Shown here one piece after another: positions 38,663-49,696 of a stretch of DNA of 64,000 nt (the stretch's first letter is position 1; each line of letters begins with the position of its first letter). Below the pieces are notes generated by a model. It was not told where the DNA came from, searched no databases, and saw only the letters and a program-made list of their open reading frames with translations. The position numbers were made by a program, and so were the translations under genes. Origin of the DNA: Saprolegnia diclina VS20 (taxonomy: Eukaryota); NCBI RefSeq assembly GCF_000281045.1, contig NW_008246099.1, positions 368,372 to 432,371 of the forward strand. The letters are read 5' to 3'.

Positions 38663-39349
38663 ATGATGATGCTTCGTACGGTGGTCCGCGCCCGGAAGCC
38701 CGTGGCGGCCTTCCGCGCCTTCTCGGCCGCGCCTGCCGAAGAGAAGCCTGACGACAGCGCCTTGATGAAGGAGATCCAGGAGACGCAGTGCGCGCGCCGC
38801 TACGACGTGCTCCCGCCGCACGCGTCGGCGTGGGAGAACCCGATCGTCGGCGAGGTCTCGCTGCCGCACCCGAAGGAATGCTCGGTCGTCAACTTTGTCG
38901 GCGAGTGGACGAAAGGCCGCAAGGCGATCATCTACATGCCGTGCCGCAACCAGATGCAAAGCGGCGACTACAACACGCACCACTGGGAGATCCGCTTTGG
39001 CACGCGCCAGACGTGGCAGAACCCGCTCATGGGCTGGACGAGCGGTGCCGACCCGATGGACGCTATGGTCATGAAGTTCAACACGAAGGAAGAGGCCGTG
39101 GCCTTTGCGACGCGCCAGGGCTGGTCGACCGAAGTCATGCCCGTCGCCGAGAAGGAGGACTTTGAGGGCAAGATCGCGTACTCGCACAACTTTTTGCCCG
39201 TCGACGTCGAGAACAAGCTCAAGAAGTACGGCAAGAAGGCGTCGTCGCACTTTAAGCACGCCGCTGGCGGCCACAGCCACTGGGTCAAGACGCTCAAGTA
39301 CAACGGCAACGGCGAGGTCGTGCAGCACGGCGGCGACAAGGAGTATTAG
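38663..39349 (+). CDS. NDUFS4: NADH:ubiquinone oxidoreductase Fe-S protein 4 (18 kDa subunit)
   Basis: Mitochondrial presequence followed by RKAIIY.P.RNQMQSG..W..WQNPLMGWTSGADP..KFNTKEEAVAFATRQGW..YSHNF. Confidence 0.92.
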   Translation: MMMLRTVVRARKPVAAFRAFSAAPAEEKPDDSALMKEIQETQCARRYDVLPPHASAWENPIVGEVSLPHPKECSVVNFVGEWTKGRKAIIYMPCRNQMQSGDYNTHHWEIRFGTRQTWQNPLMGWTSGADPMDAMVMKFNTKEEAVAFATRQGWSTEVMPVAEKEDFEGKIAYSHNFLPVDVENKLKKYGKKASSHFKHAAGGHSHWVKTLKYNGNGEVVQHGGDKEY

Positions 39350-39444
39350 ATTGATGATGGGGTGTTGCTGGCGCGGGTAATAACAAACGAAATACTCCTG
39401 CATCGTACGAGACGTAACGGTTGCGCATAACGTCTCTGCGAGCG

Positions 39445-39824
39445 ATGCGACGAACGGTCGTCTTGCTGAGTGCCATGCTGGCGCAGCGCTGCGACGCCAG
39501 GAGCTGGCAAGAAACCAAGTCCCATCTTCCGCCACCATGTACGCACGGCAATGCAGAGGTGTCGGCGACTTGATCCGTCCTGTAGTGTGCCCAATCTTGA
39601 GCACGAGAATCCCGTGGGGATCCGTGACCGTCACCGGCCGCGAGTCGGGTGCGACGGCTACGTATTCGTGCGACGCTACGCATGAGCTACTCGGCTCCTC
39701 GACGCGCACGTGCGAGATGGGCGCCTGGTCTGGTGACGAGCCCTCGTGTCGGGTACGCTATAGCACCAAAATGGACAACTCGTACAAGCACGGCCACGCC
39801 GGGTACAAAATCGGAGAGCTCTAA
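39445..39824 (+). CDS. Small secreted single Sushi/CCP-domain protein (110 aa)
   Basis: Exon 1 (39445-39538) is signal-like, MRRTVVLLSAMLAQRCDA. Intron 39539-39585. Exon 2 gives CP..IPWGSV..GATATYSCDATHELLGSSTRTCEMGAWSGDEPSC. Confidence 0.7.
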
Positions 39825-40186
39825 TCACACGCTCAAGGCGCTCTTGTTGGTCTCTCTACTTGTGTGTCATTGCGTCCGTCAGTAAGACCGATTTGCATCT
39901 CGTGCGTTTGCGTGCGTCTGGCAAGTGCAAATTGCACTGCGCGACAAGCTTTCTCCGTGGCGTAACCATGCATGAGATATGCAACAAACGTGGGCCTTAC
40001 AGGAGAGACCACCCCGACAGCACGTTGCATGACACCGCTAAGACGTACAGCCTCCATGGGATCGATAGCTTAGGATCGAGGTTCAGGCTCATGTTGTGTC
40101 AGTGCAGACGCCGAGGGACGCGACGAGTGAGCGCTCGCTGATACGATTGGCCGACCCAGATCCAAAAATACCTGCCACCTGCACCG

Positions 40187-41332
40187 ATGGGAGCGCTCCA
40201 GTCGTCCGACGACAGCCATGAGTGCCACATCATGGCCCACCATGAAATCACAGCCTTCTACGACGCGCTCAAGGCCGCGATGGCCAAGAGGCCAGTGCTA
40301 CCCAAGACGACGCCGACAGCCGCTGAGGTCCGAGCGCGCCTCCACGAGCACGACAAGAAGAAGCACGCACTCCTCCTGCCGCTACCATCCTACATGCCGA
40401 CAACCCCCGTCAAGATCACCAAGACTGTCAAGCCCGTTGACACGACGCGGGCGGTCTCCGATTTGGAGCTGCGCTTGCGCGAGCTCAGCGCGCGTCGAGA
40501 CCATGACACAAACGAGCTCTTCGAGGCCATATTGGCCTTCAAAGCTTCGTGTGCCAATGACGAAGCCTTCCTCGACGGCCTTGCGGGCTGCCAGCGGGCG
40601 CAGCGACTCTGGCGTCAGCATCAGTACGATTCGTCGCACGACCTCGAGCTGCTGTGCAAGGTGCAGCAGAAGGCGCGCGATGCATCCGGCGCGGGTACCC
40701 TCACCGCCAAGCTCGCGTATCGCGAGCCAACGATCGATGGTCGCCTTAAGAAACTCGCGCTGGCTGCGTCGCTCGTCTCGTCGAACGTGCCGCCAACGTC
40801 GAGTCAGATCTTCTGCAACCAGTCGGTCACGGACCACAAACTCTTGCTTGAGAAGCAGATGCGCTGGGAGCAAGACCTGCTGCACATTTCTGTCGACGTC
40901 AAGAGCGAGCTGCATGACAGTGTCTTCTTGGACCGCTCGGTCATGGATACGATCTACAACCTCGTGGCGCTCGCACCGTTCTTCCAAACCAACTTGATGG
41001 TGGAGGCGGTCACCCTCGCCGAGACGTTTTGGGTCCACCCCAAACAGTTCTGGTGGACCGCCGTCCACGCCTGTGTTGACATGGACCAGTGCGAGCTGCT
41101 GCTGTGGATGCTGCCGCAAAAGCCCATGATCACGCTGCGCCATGTCGTCAAGACGTGCTTGGAAGCAAAGAAAATTGCAGCTGCCGAAGCCCTCGCCAAG
41201 CAAGAGCCCAACGCAACGGAGCGCGCCGAGTTGCTGCAGATGGTGCGTCGGGCACAAGGTCCCAGCGCCACTTCACCGACAACTGCTGCTGCGAAACCTC
41301 AGTCGCCTGCACCATCGACGCAGAGCATTTAG
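40187..41332 (+). CDS. Hypothetical protein with Vps16-C/VIPAS39-like C-terminal region
   Basis: Intronless 381-aa ORF. LLEKQMRWE..FLDRSVMDTI..FWVHPKQFWWTAVHA..VVKTC resembles the Vps16 C-terminal pattern. Confidence 0.55.
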   Translation: MGALQSSDDSHECHIMAHHEITAFYDALKAAMAKRPVLPKTTPTAAEVRARLHEHDKKKHALLLPLPSYMPTTPVKITKTVKPVDTTRAVSDLELRLRELSARRDHDTNELFEAILAFKASCANDEAFLDGLAGCQRAQRLWRQHQYDSSHDLELLCKVQQKARDASGAGTLTAKLAYREPTIDGRLKKLALAASLVSSNVPPTSSQIFCNQSVTDHKLLLEKQMRWEQDLLHISVDVKSELHDSVFLDRSVMDTIYNLVALAPFFQTNLMVEAVTLAETFWVHPKQFWWTAVHACVDMDQCELLLWMLPQKPMITLRHVVKTCLEAKKIAAAEALAKQEPNATERAELLQMVRRAQGPSATSPTTAAAKPQSPAPSTQSI

Positions 41333-41740
41333 TCGCGCGTGTGAGTGCAGGGAGCGTCCGCATCGGCACCGGCAGCTTCGTGCTCAAGAACGTCCAAAAC
41401 GCATGGACATCCGTGTCGTTCCGTTCTGGTCCTGCGTGTCTTTTGTATTGCGTGTCTACGACAATATTGACCAGATCATTCATAACTACATAATTCACTC
41501 TCCAATTTGCATCTCTGTGTTCAAGCCCTGAGAGGGCCATTATGGTAGACGCCACGCTCGGTGAGGACCGTTCCTTCTCGGCTTTATAAGGCACACCTGT
41601 CGATGTTGCTCGATGTAGCATGTCCCTGTGTCTTTGATGGGCATGATACTGCGGCACACTTGGCCACAAGCAAGACGCAGAAGTTACGATTGCAAAGAAT
41701 ATTCGGTATTTAGTTCGTCATTGTCGCTATAGCAAGAGCG

Positions 41741-44700
41741 CTATACGGGCGCGGGACGCAGTGGCTCAAGCTCGGGCGTTGATTTTTTCTTGTGCGAAAG
41801 ACTCGGGATACCACTGGGCGCTTCGTCGGGACTCGCAAGCGATAAAAAGTTGAAAATGTCGGCGGCCGACGGTCGGTGTTTTGCCGTCGGCTGCAAAAGC
41901 ATGCGGAGGCACGTGCGGAGACTTGTGCCGTAGCGCAGAGGAATTTCATTCATGAGGAACGACAACGGCTTGAGTTTGCACATATGATTGGATCCTATCG
42001 CAATCTCAATCTCGACCTCAACCGCGTATGTACCAGTCACGAGGTAGTAGAGGAGGCAGCCGAGGGCCCACATGTCTGTCTTTTCAGAGACAGCGTCGTC
42101 CTCCGGCGGCACAATGACCGGTGACAGCAAGTGCGCCATGCGACGCATGCCCGCAGCGACGTCGGACTCGCTATACGGTGTCTTGAAGAGGAGGAGGCCG
42201 CCCACTTTGAGTTGATGGTCTCGCGTCCGGTACAAGTTGGACGGCGTCAAATTCAAATGCAAAATGCCTTGGCTGTGCAGCGACGCCAGCGCTGCCGCCA
42301 CCTAGTGACGTTCTAGAATCAAGTCGAGGTGTGATCATACCGTTGTCATAATGGAGAGGACGTCGGCTTGCGGCAGCGGCGATGGCGCCGACGTCAAGTA
42401 CTCCCCAAGGATGCAGTCGTCGAGCGCGACAAAAGTCACTGGCCAGCACTCGTTGAGGTTGCCGTTCATCGCTGCAAACTGCTGGTACACGCACGAGAAG
42501 GCGTGGTGGACAGCAACGAGGTTGGTCTCGCTCAGTCGCGCCTGCATGCGCTGGGCTGTCTCGACGACGAACGCTGCTTCCCGCGACGTCGTGGACGAGG
42601 CAATGTAGAGGACGCAGTATGCGCTGGTCGCGCTGTCATACATGCGCAGCACGAGCTGCCCAGTCGTGGGGCGCGCAGCCAAGAGCCGGTCGTAGTGTAA
42701 TCGCTGAAGGAAGATCGACGGTAGCGTGCACGCGTGGGAGAGTCGCTGAAACTCCTTGTGCCCGCTCTCTTGGATGTGGGCCAGTGGTGCCTCGATCGAG
42801 ACCTTGAGGTTCTCCATGAGCTAGCAAACGTGCGTTGCAGCAACACAACATGATGATAACGTACGTCGTGCGCTGCTTCGTCTTCTTCAAAGAGCCAGCT
42901 GCGTTCGTACTCTTGGAGCTCCAGCTCTTCGCGTGCTCGCGTGAGCTTGTGCAGGAGCCACTTGGAGTCCCGAATAAAAATGTGGTCGTGCCGGCTCGGA
43001 CTACTGGGCGCATTGATGTCGCGGTGCAAAAGCTCGACGGCTGCGACGAGGTCCTCTACGACGCTCGCTGCGACGGACGCATTTCGCTGTGGCGCAAACC
43101 GCAGTCGGTGCGGGTCACCCCGGTGCCGCACGGTGGCGACGGCCCGCGGTGCTTGGTCCATCGCGATTTTGAGGTCCTGCTCAATGTCGGCCATGCGGTC
43201 TGCGAGGAGCCGCCCCCAGGCGTGCCTTGCAAGACGTTATACCTCGAGTGTCTTTAGTGCGCCGAGGCTTACCGGTAGGCTTCTTCGTCTTGGTATCGGC
43301 GGAGCTTCCCGAGTCGAAATCGGTTGCGCCGGCACATGCAGCAATACAGCGGGAGATTTGAGGATAGCTGGATGTACACGTGCTTGTGGTTGTACTCCCA
43401 GAGCAGTGCGTTGGGGGGTAGCTCAGAACTCAGCAAGAGCAGATGCTGTAGCTGTCCAAGAAGCGCCTCCTACTCCTCGCTCGTGATGACGATAATGAGC
43501 CTCTCGCTGTGTACCATGGCGTGGCTGAACGACCGGACGAGGTGGTTGAGCAGCACGAGCTTTCTGTTGGGGTACTGGATCGTCTCGGGCGTCTTGACAT
43601 TCGAGAGACTGCTCTCCCACGTGGCGAGCTCTGGCGCGACGATGCCAAGCCCCGCGGCCTCGATCGCGGCTTTTAGGTGATGAATGTGTTCCGAGATTTC
43701 TTCCGCGACATCGACAAAGTACACAAACATGTCGACGTCGACGACGCCGAGATCAAGGAAGAGCGCCTGCATGTCGCTCGACGACACGAGCAAGCGCAAG
43801 CCGCGTCTGTGCGCGACGGCGGCCTCGAGGCACCTACACGGCAAAACCTCATCAATCAATGTGTTGGGCAGAAGACAAGATCGTACGGTTCGGCCGCGAG
43901 GCAGTACAGAATGTGCAGCGCACTGAGTTTGCCAATCTGGCGTGGATCCATGAGGACAAAGACGCGCTCCAGCGCTCGTGTGGCTCCGGTGCGCTGCGCG
44001 ACGCGCTCTTCGCTCTCGTACAGCGTCTTTGGCGTGTCGACCTCGGGTACTTGAAGGTGGATCTTGCCGTGCACGTCGAGGCCGTTGGTCGCTCGGTGCA
44101 TGAGGCGGCGCGTCATGTGCTGGCGCAAATCGATCTGGAACTGACGAACGCGCGTGCGCTCGGACGCAATTGCTTTCTGGACGAGGCGGGCGCGCCGCGT
44201 CACAAACCGCGCTTGGATCTTGGCAACTTCGACCTCGATTTCGTCAGGGTGCGGCGCCTGCTGTTGCTGCTGATTCGAAGACGGCTTGGGCGGTGCGTGC
44301 ACCTTTGTTGGCGACGCCCGGCGCTGCTTGCTACGTTGAAGCGCCTTGGAATTGCGCTGCTTGCGCCGCAGCCACGGCCCCAAGTGCGTCTCGACGTCGC
44401 GAAGCAGCGTCAAAATGCACGCGTGCACGTCTGGATCGATGCCACTCGCAAGCTCTGGTAGCGCAGTGTCGCTTGGACTGGTGTCGCCACCGGCGTGTAC
44501 GCCCGTTGCGTCTTCGTCGACATCGGAAGGAAGGTGTCGGACGCGGGCGCCGGTCGCAGCATGCACGAAGAAGAACTGCCCGTCGTCGTCCATGCCTCCA
44601 AATTGCCACGTGGAAGTCGCATCGCCGTTGCTTGCAGCGTCGACCGTCGATACCTCGTCGCCCGGTGGGATGTCCCACACGCTTTCGCCCGTGATCGAGT

Positions 44701-44749
44701 GCACGTAGTACGTGCATCCGCTGGCAGCGTCGAACGCAGGCGCCCACAT
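41741..44749 (-). CDS. WW-domain protein with EF-hand-like segment and C-terminal protein pseudokinase domain
   Basis: Two WW-like units (WAPAFD..YYVHSITGESVWDIP). FVLMDPRQIGKLS. Kinase-like LASLHSQGILHLNLTPSNL..LKVGGL..PPE..KTDMWALGC..RPSA. ORFs can be joined by short introns. Confidence 0.65.
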
Positions 44750-44827
44750 GCCCGTTTCAGTTTGGCGGGACCCAAGAGGCAGTTTACATACAGTATTTAT
44801 TAATGATAACAATTCTTCTCTAAGAGC

Positions 44828-45526
44828 TTAGAAGCGCTCGTTCATGCGGTTGGCGACGTTCTTCATTTTGTTGTAGACCTTGCCCGGAGGCGCACCCATG
44901 ATGAGCGAGCAGATCGCGTCGCGGGCGAGCTTGATGTTGGAGAACGAGCCGAGGATGTGGATCTTCTGGTCCGCAAGCACGATACGCGTGCGCGTCGCGT
45001 TCTCGATGGCGTACTTGGTCTTGCCGTCCTGGCCCGCAAGACGACCCACGGCGCGGCTCAAGTGGTCGCCCTTGAGCATCTTGACGTCAGTGACCTCAAA
45101 CGTGTCGATAAAGAGATCTTCGAGACGAAGGAGCGCGACCGCGTCCTGGACTTCGAAACCCATCATGTAGGCCTGCACGAAATCGGCGCCCTTCTGAAGC
45201 GCGCCGGCATCTTCCGTCAGCGGGCTGTTCTTGAGCTCAATGCAGCGCGTCTTGGTGTTCATACGGATCTGAAGCTTGAGGTGCTCCACGATCGGCTTCA
45301 TGATGTTGGGCCAGTCGTTTTTGAGCGGCGTGTAGCGATGCGCCGGCACGCGCACACGGCGAAAGTCGTTCTTGCCGCCGCCGGCTTCCTGCGCGCTCAG
45401 CGCCGGAAACGACGGCGCGTCCGAGACATCCATGTCCATGTCATCGTCCGCGTGCTGGGCGGCGACAGCGTGCTGCAGCTGCATCGTCGACACGACGACG
45501 TCGTCGGTGTGCATATCCGTGTCCAT
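44828..45526 (-). CDS. PNO1: Pre-rRNA-processing KH-domain protein PNO1/Dim2
   Basis: VPAHRYTPLK..IVEHLKLQIRMN..DHLSRAVGRLAG..IENATRTRIVLAD..LIMGAPPGKVY. Confidence 0.95.
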   Translation of the reverse strand: MDTDMHTDDVVVSTMQLQHAVAAQHADDDMDMDVSDAPSFPALSAQEAGGGKNDFRRVRVPAHRYTPLKNDWPNIMKPIVEHLKLQIRMNTKTRCIELKNSPLTEDAGALQKGADFVQAYMMGFEVQDAVALLRLEDLFIDTFEVTDVKMLKGDHLSRAVGRLAGQDGKTKYAIENATRTRIVLADQKIHILGSFSNIKLARDAICSLIMGAPPGKVYNKMKNVANRMNERF

Positions 45527-45850
45527 GATCCGATTAGCTGCGGGCGCCGAGGGAAGAAATCTATTGATCTCCAGCCAATTGTTTCAACGAGAAAGGTCAT
45601 CCTCATCACATGGAAAATGGCTGGCTCCGAGGACGGGATATCCGGTTATTTCAGCTTTATCCGGCGATTGACCTGCAGGGATGTCGAAATTGATGACCAA
45701 AACAAGGTCGGCGGTCCGCGATGCACAGAAGCCTATGGCGCAGAGGCATCGATAGCTCTATAGCCTAGCGCCTACAGACCGACAAGCGCGGTGGGACGGA
45801 GGAACGCAGCGTACGAATTGAGTGACGTAGATCGCAACTCTTCTACTCTT

Positions 45851-45863
45851 CTATTGGCTAAAA
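45851..45863. promoter_or_regulatory. CCAAT box in the divergent PNO1/Torsin-like promoter
   Basis: ctattggctaaaa, with further gattgg and ccaat copies at about 45922 and 45951. Confidence 0.4.
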
Positions 45864-46013
45864 AGGGTTTTCTTTTTAGCGAATCTGAAGTGTCTGTTTT
45901 GTAGTGACGCTTTGAAACGGTGATTGGGTGGAATTTGCCACGATATTTGGCCAATGACAGGTCGTATCGCATGATTCTGGAGAATCCGAGCAACGACCAA
46001 ACAATTGACTGCG

Positions 46014-47687
46014 ATGGCCAAGCGCTGCGTACGCTTTGCGCTGCTCTGCATGCTCGCCTGCATAGCACTCGCCGCCGAGAAGGAGACGTGGAAAGATAAG
46101 CTCTCTTTCTTCCAGGCGACGGTCGAGAGCTCGCTGGCCGAAGGCGTCGAGTGGCTAGGCTTCCACTCGGGGCTGGGGCCGCAGTGCGACTTTGTCGAGC
46201 ATCCGTCCGTCGCCGTGCGTAGCCACCTGCAAAAATACCTCACAGGCCAAGACCGATCTCTCGACTCTATCGTTGGCGCGATCGAGTCGTGGGAATTCTC
46301 GTACGAATGATGCTCGTCTGCGCCAGCTCATGGGCGAAATGTGTGTAGGCGAACTTCCAGCAAGGACCATGGCCCACTCGTCATGGCGATCACGGGTCCT
46401 ACCGGCACGGGCAAGACAGAAACGTCGACGCTGATCGCAGAAGGCCTCTTCCGCCGCCGCCGAAAACTCGATCACAGCGAAAAGCTCGTTCCCACGGGTC
46501 TCCTCGTCTTTCGGTGCAGAAATGGATGTCGCCTCGAAACTAACGGTCTCTGCGTAGTGGCGAGGACTTTAGCGACAATTACACAAACCCCGTGACGCAG
46601 TACCAAGAACAGATCAAGTCCCGGTACTGTCGTCCGCGTATCGTTCTGTTGTGATTGACTCTGTTGTAGTCTTGTCGAGCACCTCACCAAGTGTTCTGGC
46701 AAAGCCGTCGTTGTCTTTGACGAAGTCCAGAAAGTGATTCCGCAAACGCTGGATGGTAGATCGTACAGAGTGTCGCTGTAAACCGAACGACCTTCGTAGT
46801 GCTGACAAGCGCCATGAGCAGCAACGCCCAGCTGACGTACTACAAGAATGGGGTCGCGCGCAAGGTCGACTGCAGCAATGTAAGATCATGAACGACCACT
46901 TCAGATGCTGATGTGTGCTGTTCAGGTCATCTTCATTCTCATTTCCGACATTGGCGTTGGCAACATGGAAAACATCATGATCCAATACGAGTCGCGGGAC
47001 GAGCTACCGTTCGGAGAGCTTGAGAACGAGGTCAAGAAGGCGCTCGATGCTCAGTGGGACCGCCTCCAATTTGGCAAAATGATCAAGCAGGTACACTCGC
47101 TCTGAGGGGTTTATGATTCACATGCTATCCACAGGTCATTCCGTTTCTGCCGTTTGAACAACGCCATATCATCGACGTCATCAACCTCAAGCTGCGGCAC
47201 CTGAGCGTCAACTACGAAGGCAAGTACTGGTACAAGCTCGACATTGAGGTACGAACGTCACGTCGCACGACCAAGAAGATGCTAGTCTCACCTGCACCAC
47301 CGTGTCTCTACATAGCCGGGCATTGCACAGCACCTCTCGACGCTCGAGTCGATCCCATACCAAGCCCGACGCGCCTCGGTCAATGGGAAGGAGCTGCAAA
47401 AGGTGTTTGCCAAGTATGGCGCTCGAAGTGTCGAGTCGGGCCCCATCCAGCAGCTCAAGTCGAAGCTCCTCCGCTACCTTCGCCCGTGGAACACAAGTAC
47501 ACAAATTGATTTGCTACGGTGTGCAGGATCGTGACAATGTGCGATTGTAGAGGCCACGATCACCGTGTCATTTGTCCCGTCGACGGAGGAAGTTGTGATC
47601 ACGTCCTGCAGCAGCGAAGCCGAAGACGTCGACGATGAGTTTGCGTCCGTCGGTTGCCGCATCAAGTGGCAAGGCAAGTTCAAATGA
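46014..47687 (+). CDS. Torsin-like AAA+ ATPase with signal peptide
   Basis: Signal peptide MAKRCVRFALLCMLACIALA. LTGQ, PLVMAITGPTGTGKT (Walker A), VVVFDEVQK (Walker B), VIFILISDIG, VIPFLPFE, YGARSV. About 10 exons. Confidence 0.75.
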
Positions 47688-48289
47688 GGTGTAAATAGGA
47701 CTACCTGGTATAGTACACGTGCACGAGCACCACACAGTCGCAGTCACATGACGCGTAGCGATCGGATGCCTTGCGTGCCAATTTGGCGTGCCTGACAACT
47801 CGCATGCCAATGTTGCATCACCGGGTAGAAGATGGCCTGCGTAAGTATCGAAGGTTACATACCGAGCGATGGTGGTGTTCTCGCGGATACATGCAAGTAG
47901 CCACGTCTTTAGCGGGTGTCTCTGGTCATGGCTGCCTCCCGCCGGGGCGTATGCAGGCTGCATGCGGTGGGCATAGCCACTACCGGCGGCCAAGTCGTCA
48001 GGCAAGACAGCGCTTCATCATGGGACCGCGCTGAATCTCCGGTATGTCGCCACCGTTGCCCGCGTGTCCCGCTGGGATCTTCAAACATCATAGAATACAA
48101 TCCCCCACACCGAAATACAATATGACCGGGCAGAACAATAGAAACACCAAGCTTAGTTAAAATAAGGGAATAAAAATGTCGCGAGAGTGGTATTATATTT
48201 TACCGGAGAGAACCCGGTGGCACGGGATACGTAGCTTTCGATTCAGCCGACTGCTCAGAGTTTCTTTCGACAGACCACCAAGAGAGAAG

Positions 48290-49673
48290 ATGGGCTGCGT
48301 CAAGTCGACCCCGATCCCGAACGCCCCTGCCGATGCTGCGGCCAAGGCCCCCGAAGCCGCGCCGGCCCATGCTGGCGAAGGCGAGACCAAGCACTTTGAC
48401 GAAGTCTACACGCTCGGGAAGAAGCTTGGCGAGGGCACCTTCTCGGTTGTCAAGGAGGGCACGCACAAGGCGAGTGGCAAGAAGTATGCCATCAAGTGCA
48501 TCAAGAAGCAGGGCTTGACCCAGGAGGACCTCGACGCTCTCCACGAGGAGATCAGCATCTTGAAGAAAGTAAAAGCCGGAGACGTTGCAAGGATCGTGGA
48601 TCTGATCCAACCGGTGGTTGTAGATGGACCACCCCAACATCATGACGCTGTACGAAGTCTTTTCGGAACCCGCGTACTATTACCTCGTGACCGAAATCAT
48701 GGAGGGCGGTGAGCTCTTTGACCGCATTGTTGAAAAGGTATGTTGGATCCGCCGAGGCCGTCAAACGCTCAAACCTGCTTGATAGACGTACTACACGGAG
48801 AAGGAAGCCCGCGACTTGGTGCTCATTCTGCTGAACGCGATCAAGTACTGCCACGATCGCGGTGTTGTCCACCGCGACTTGAAGGTAGCGCATCATATTG
48901 TAGTGGTGGCATATCTCACGGTTCGAATTGCAGCCTGAGAACTTGCTTCTGACGAGCAAGAGCGACGACGCCTTTATCAAGATTGCCGACTTTGGCTTTG
49001 CCAAGCAAGACTTTAACGCGTCGCTGACGACGGCCTGCGGCACGCCGGGGTGCGCTCACGAGTACTGCATGGATGTGTGCTCATGGCATCTCTAGCTACG
49101 TCGCGCCCGAGATCTTGAAGGGCGAGTCGTATGGCAAGACAGTTGATATTTGGAGCATTGGTGTCATCACGTTCATCTTGCTCTGCGGCTACCCGCCGTT
49201 CCACGACGAGAACCAGAAGCGCCTCTTCAACGCGATCAAGATTGGGTCGTTCAAGTTTGAGTCGCCGTACTGGGACGCGGTCTCGGCCGAAGCCAAGGAC
49301 TTTATCTCGACCATGCTCGTCGTGGACCCGACCAAGCGGTACGGGCAACCTGCATCCGTGTACTTCGACACTCACCCCTACTAGGTCGGACGCGGACCAG
49401 CTCCTCCAGCACACGTGGATCACGGGCACGGAAGTCTCGACCGTGCCGTTGACGCAGGCCATGGAACAGCTCAAGAAGTACAACGCGCGACGAAAGTTCA
49501 AGGCCGCCGTGCGCACTGTCCAGGTGACGACGGCGCTCAAGAAGGCGATGGGCGGCTCGTCGTCGGTCGTCGACGATGTCACTCCCGTCGAAGGCGAGGC
49601 CGTCGAGGACATTGCGCTCGAGGTCGACGCGACGCCGGCCGCGGCGCCGGCGACCGGAGAGACCAAGGCGTAG
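48290..49673 (+). CDS. Ca2+/calmodulin-dependent protein kinase (CAMK1-like), N-terminal MGC lipidation motif
   Basis: LGEGTFSVV, YAIKCIKK, GGELFDRIV, HRDLKPENLL, IADFGFA, CGTPGYVAPE, GYPPF, and a CaM-binding LKKYNARRKFKAAV. Confidence 0.93.
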
Positions 49674-49696
49674 ACACAAAGCGGCGCGATCTATTC

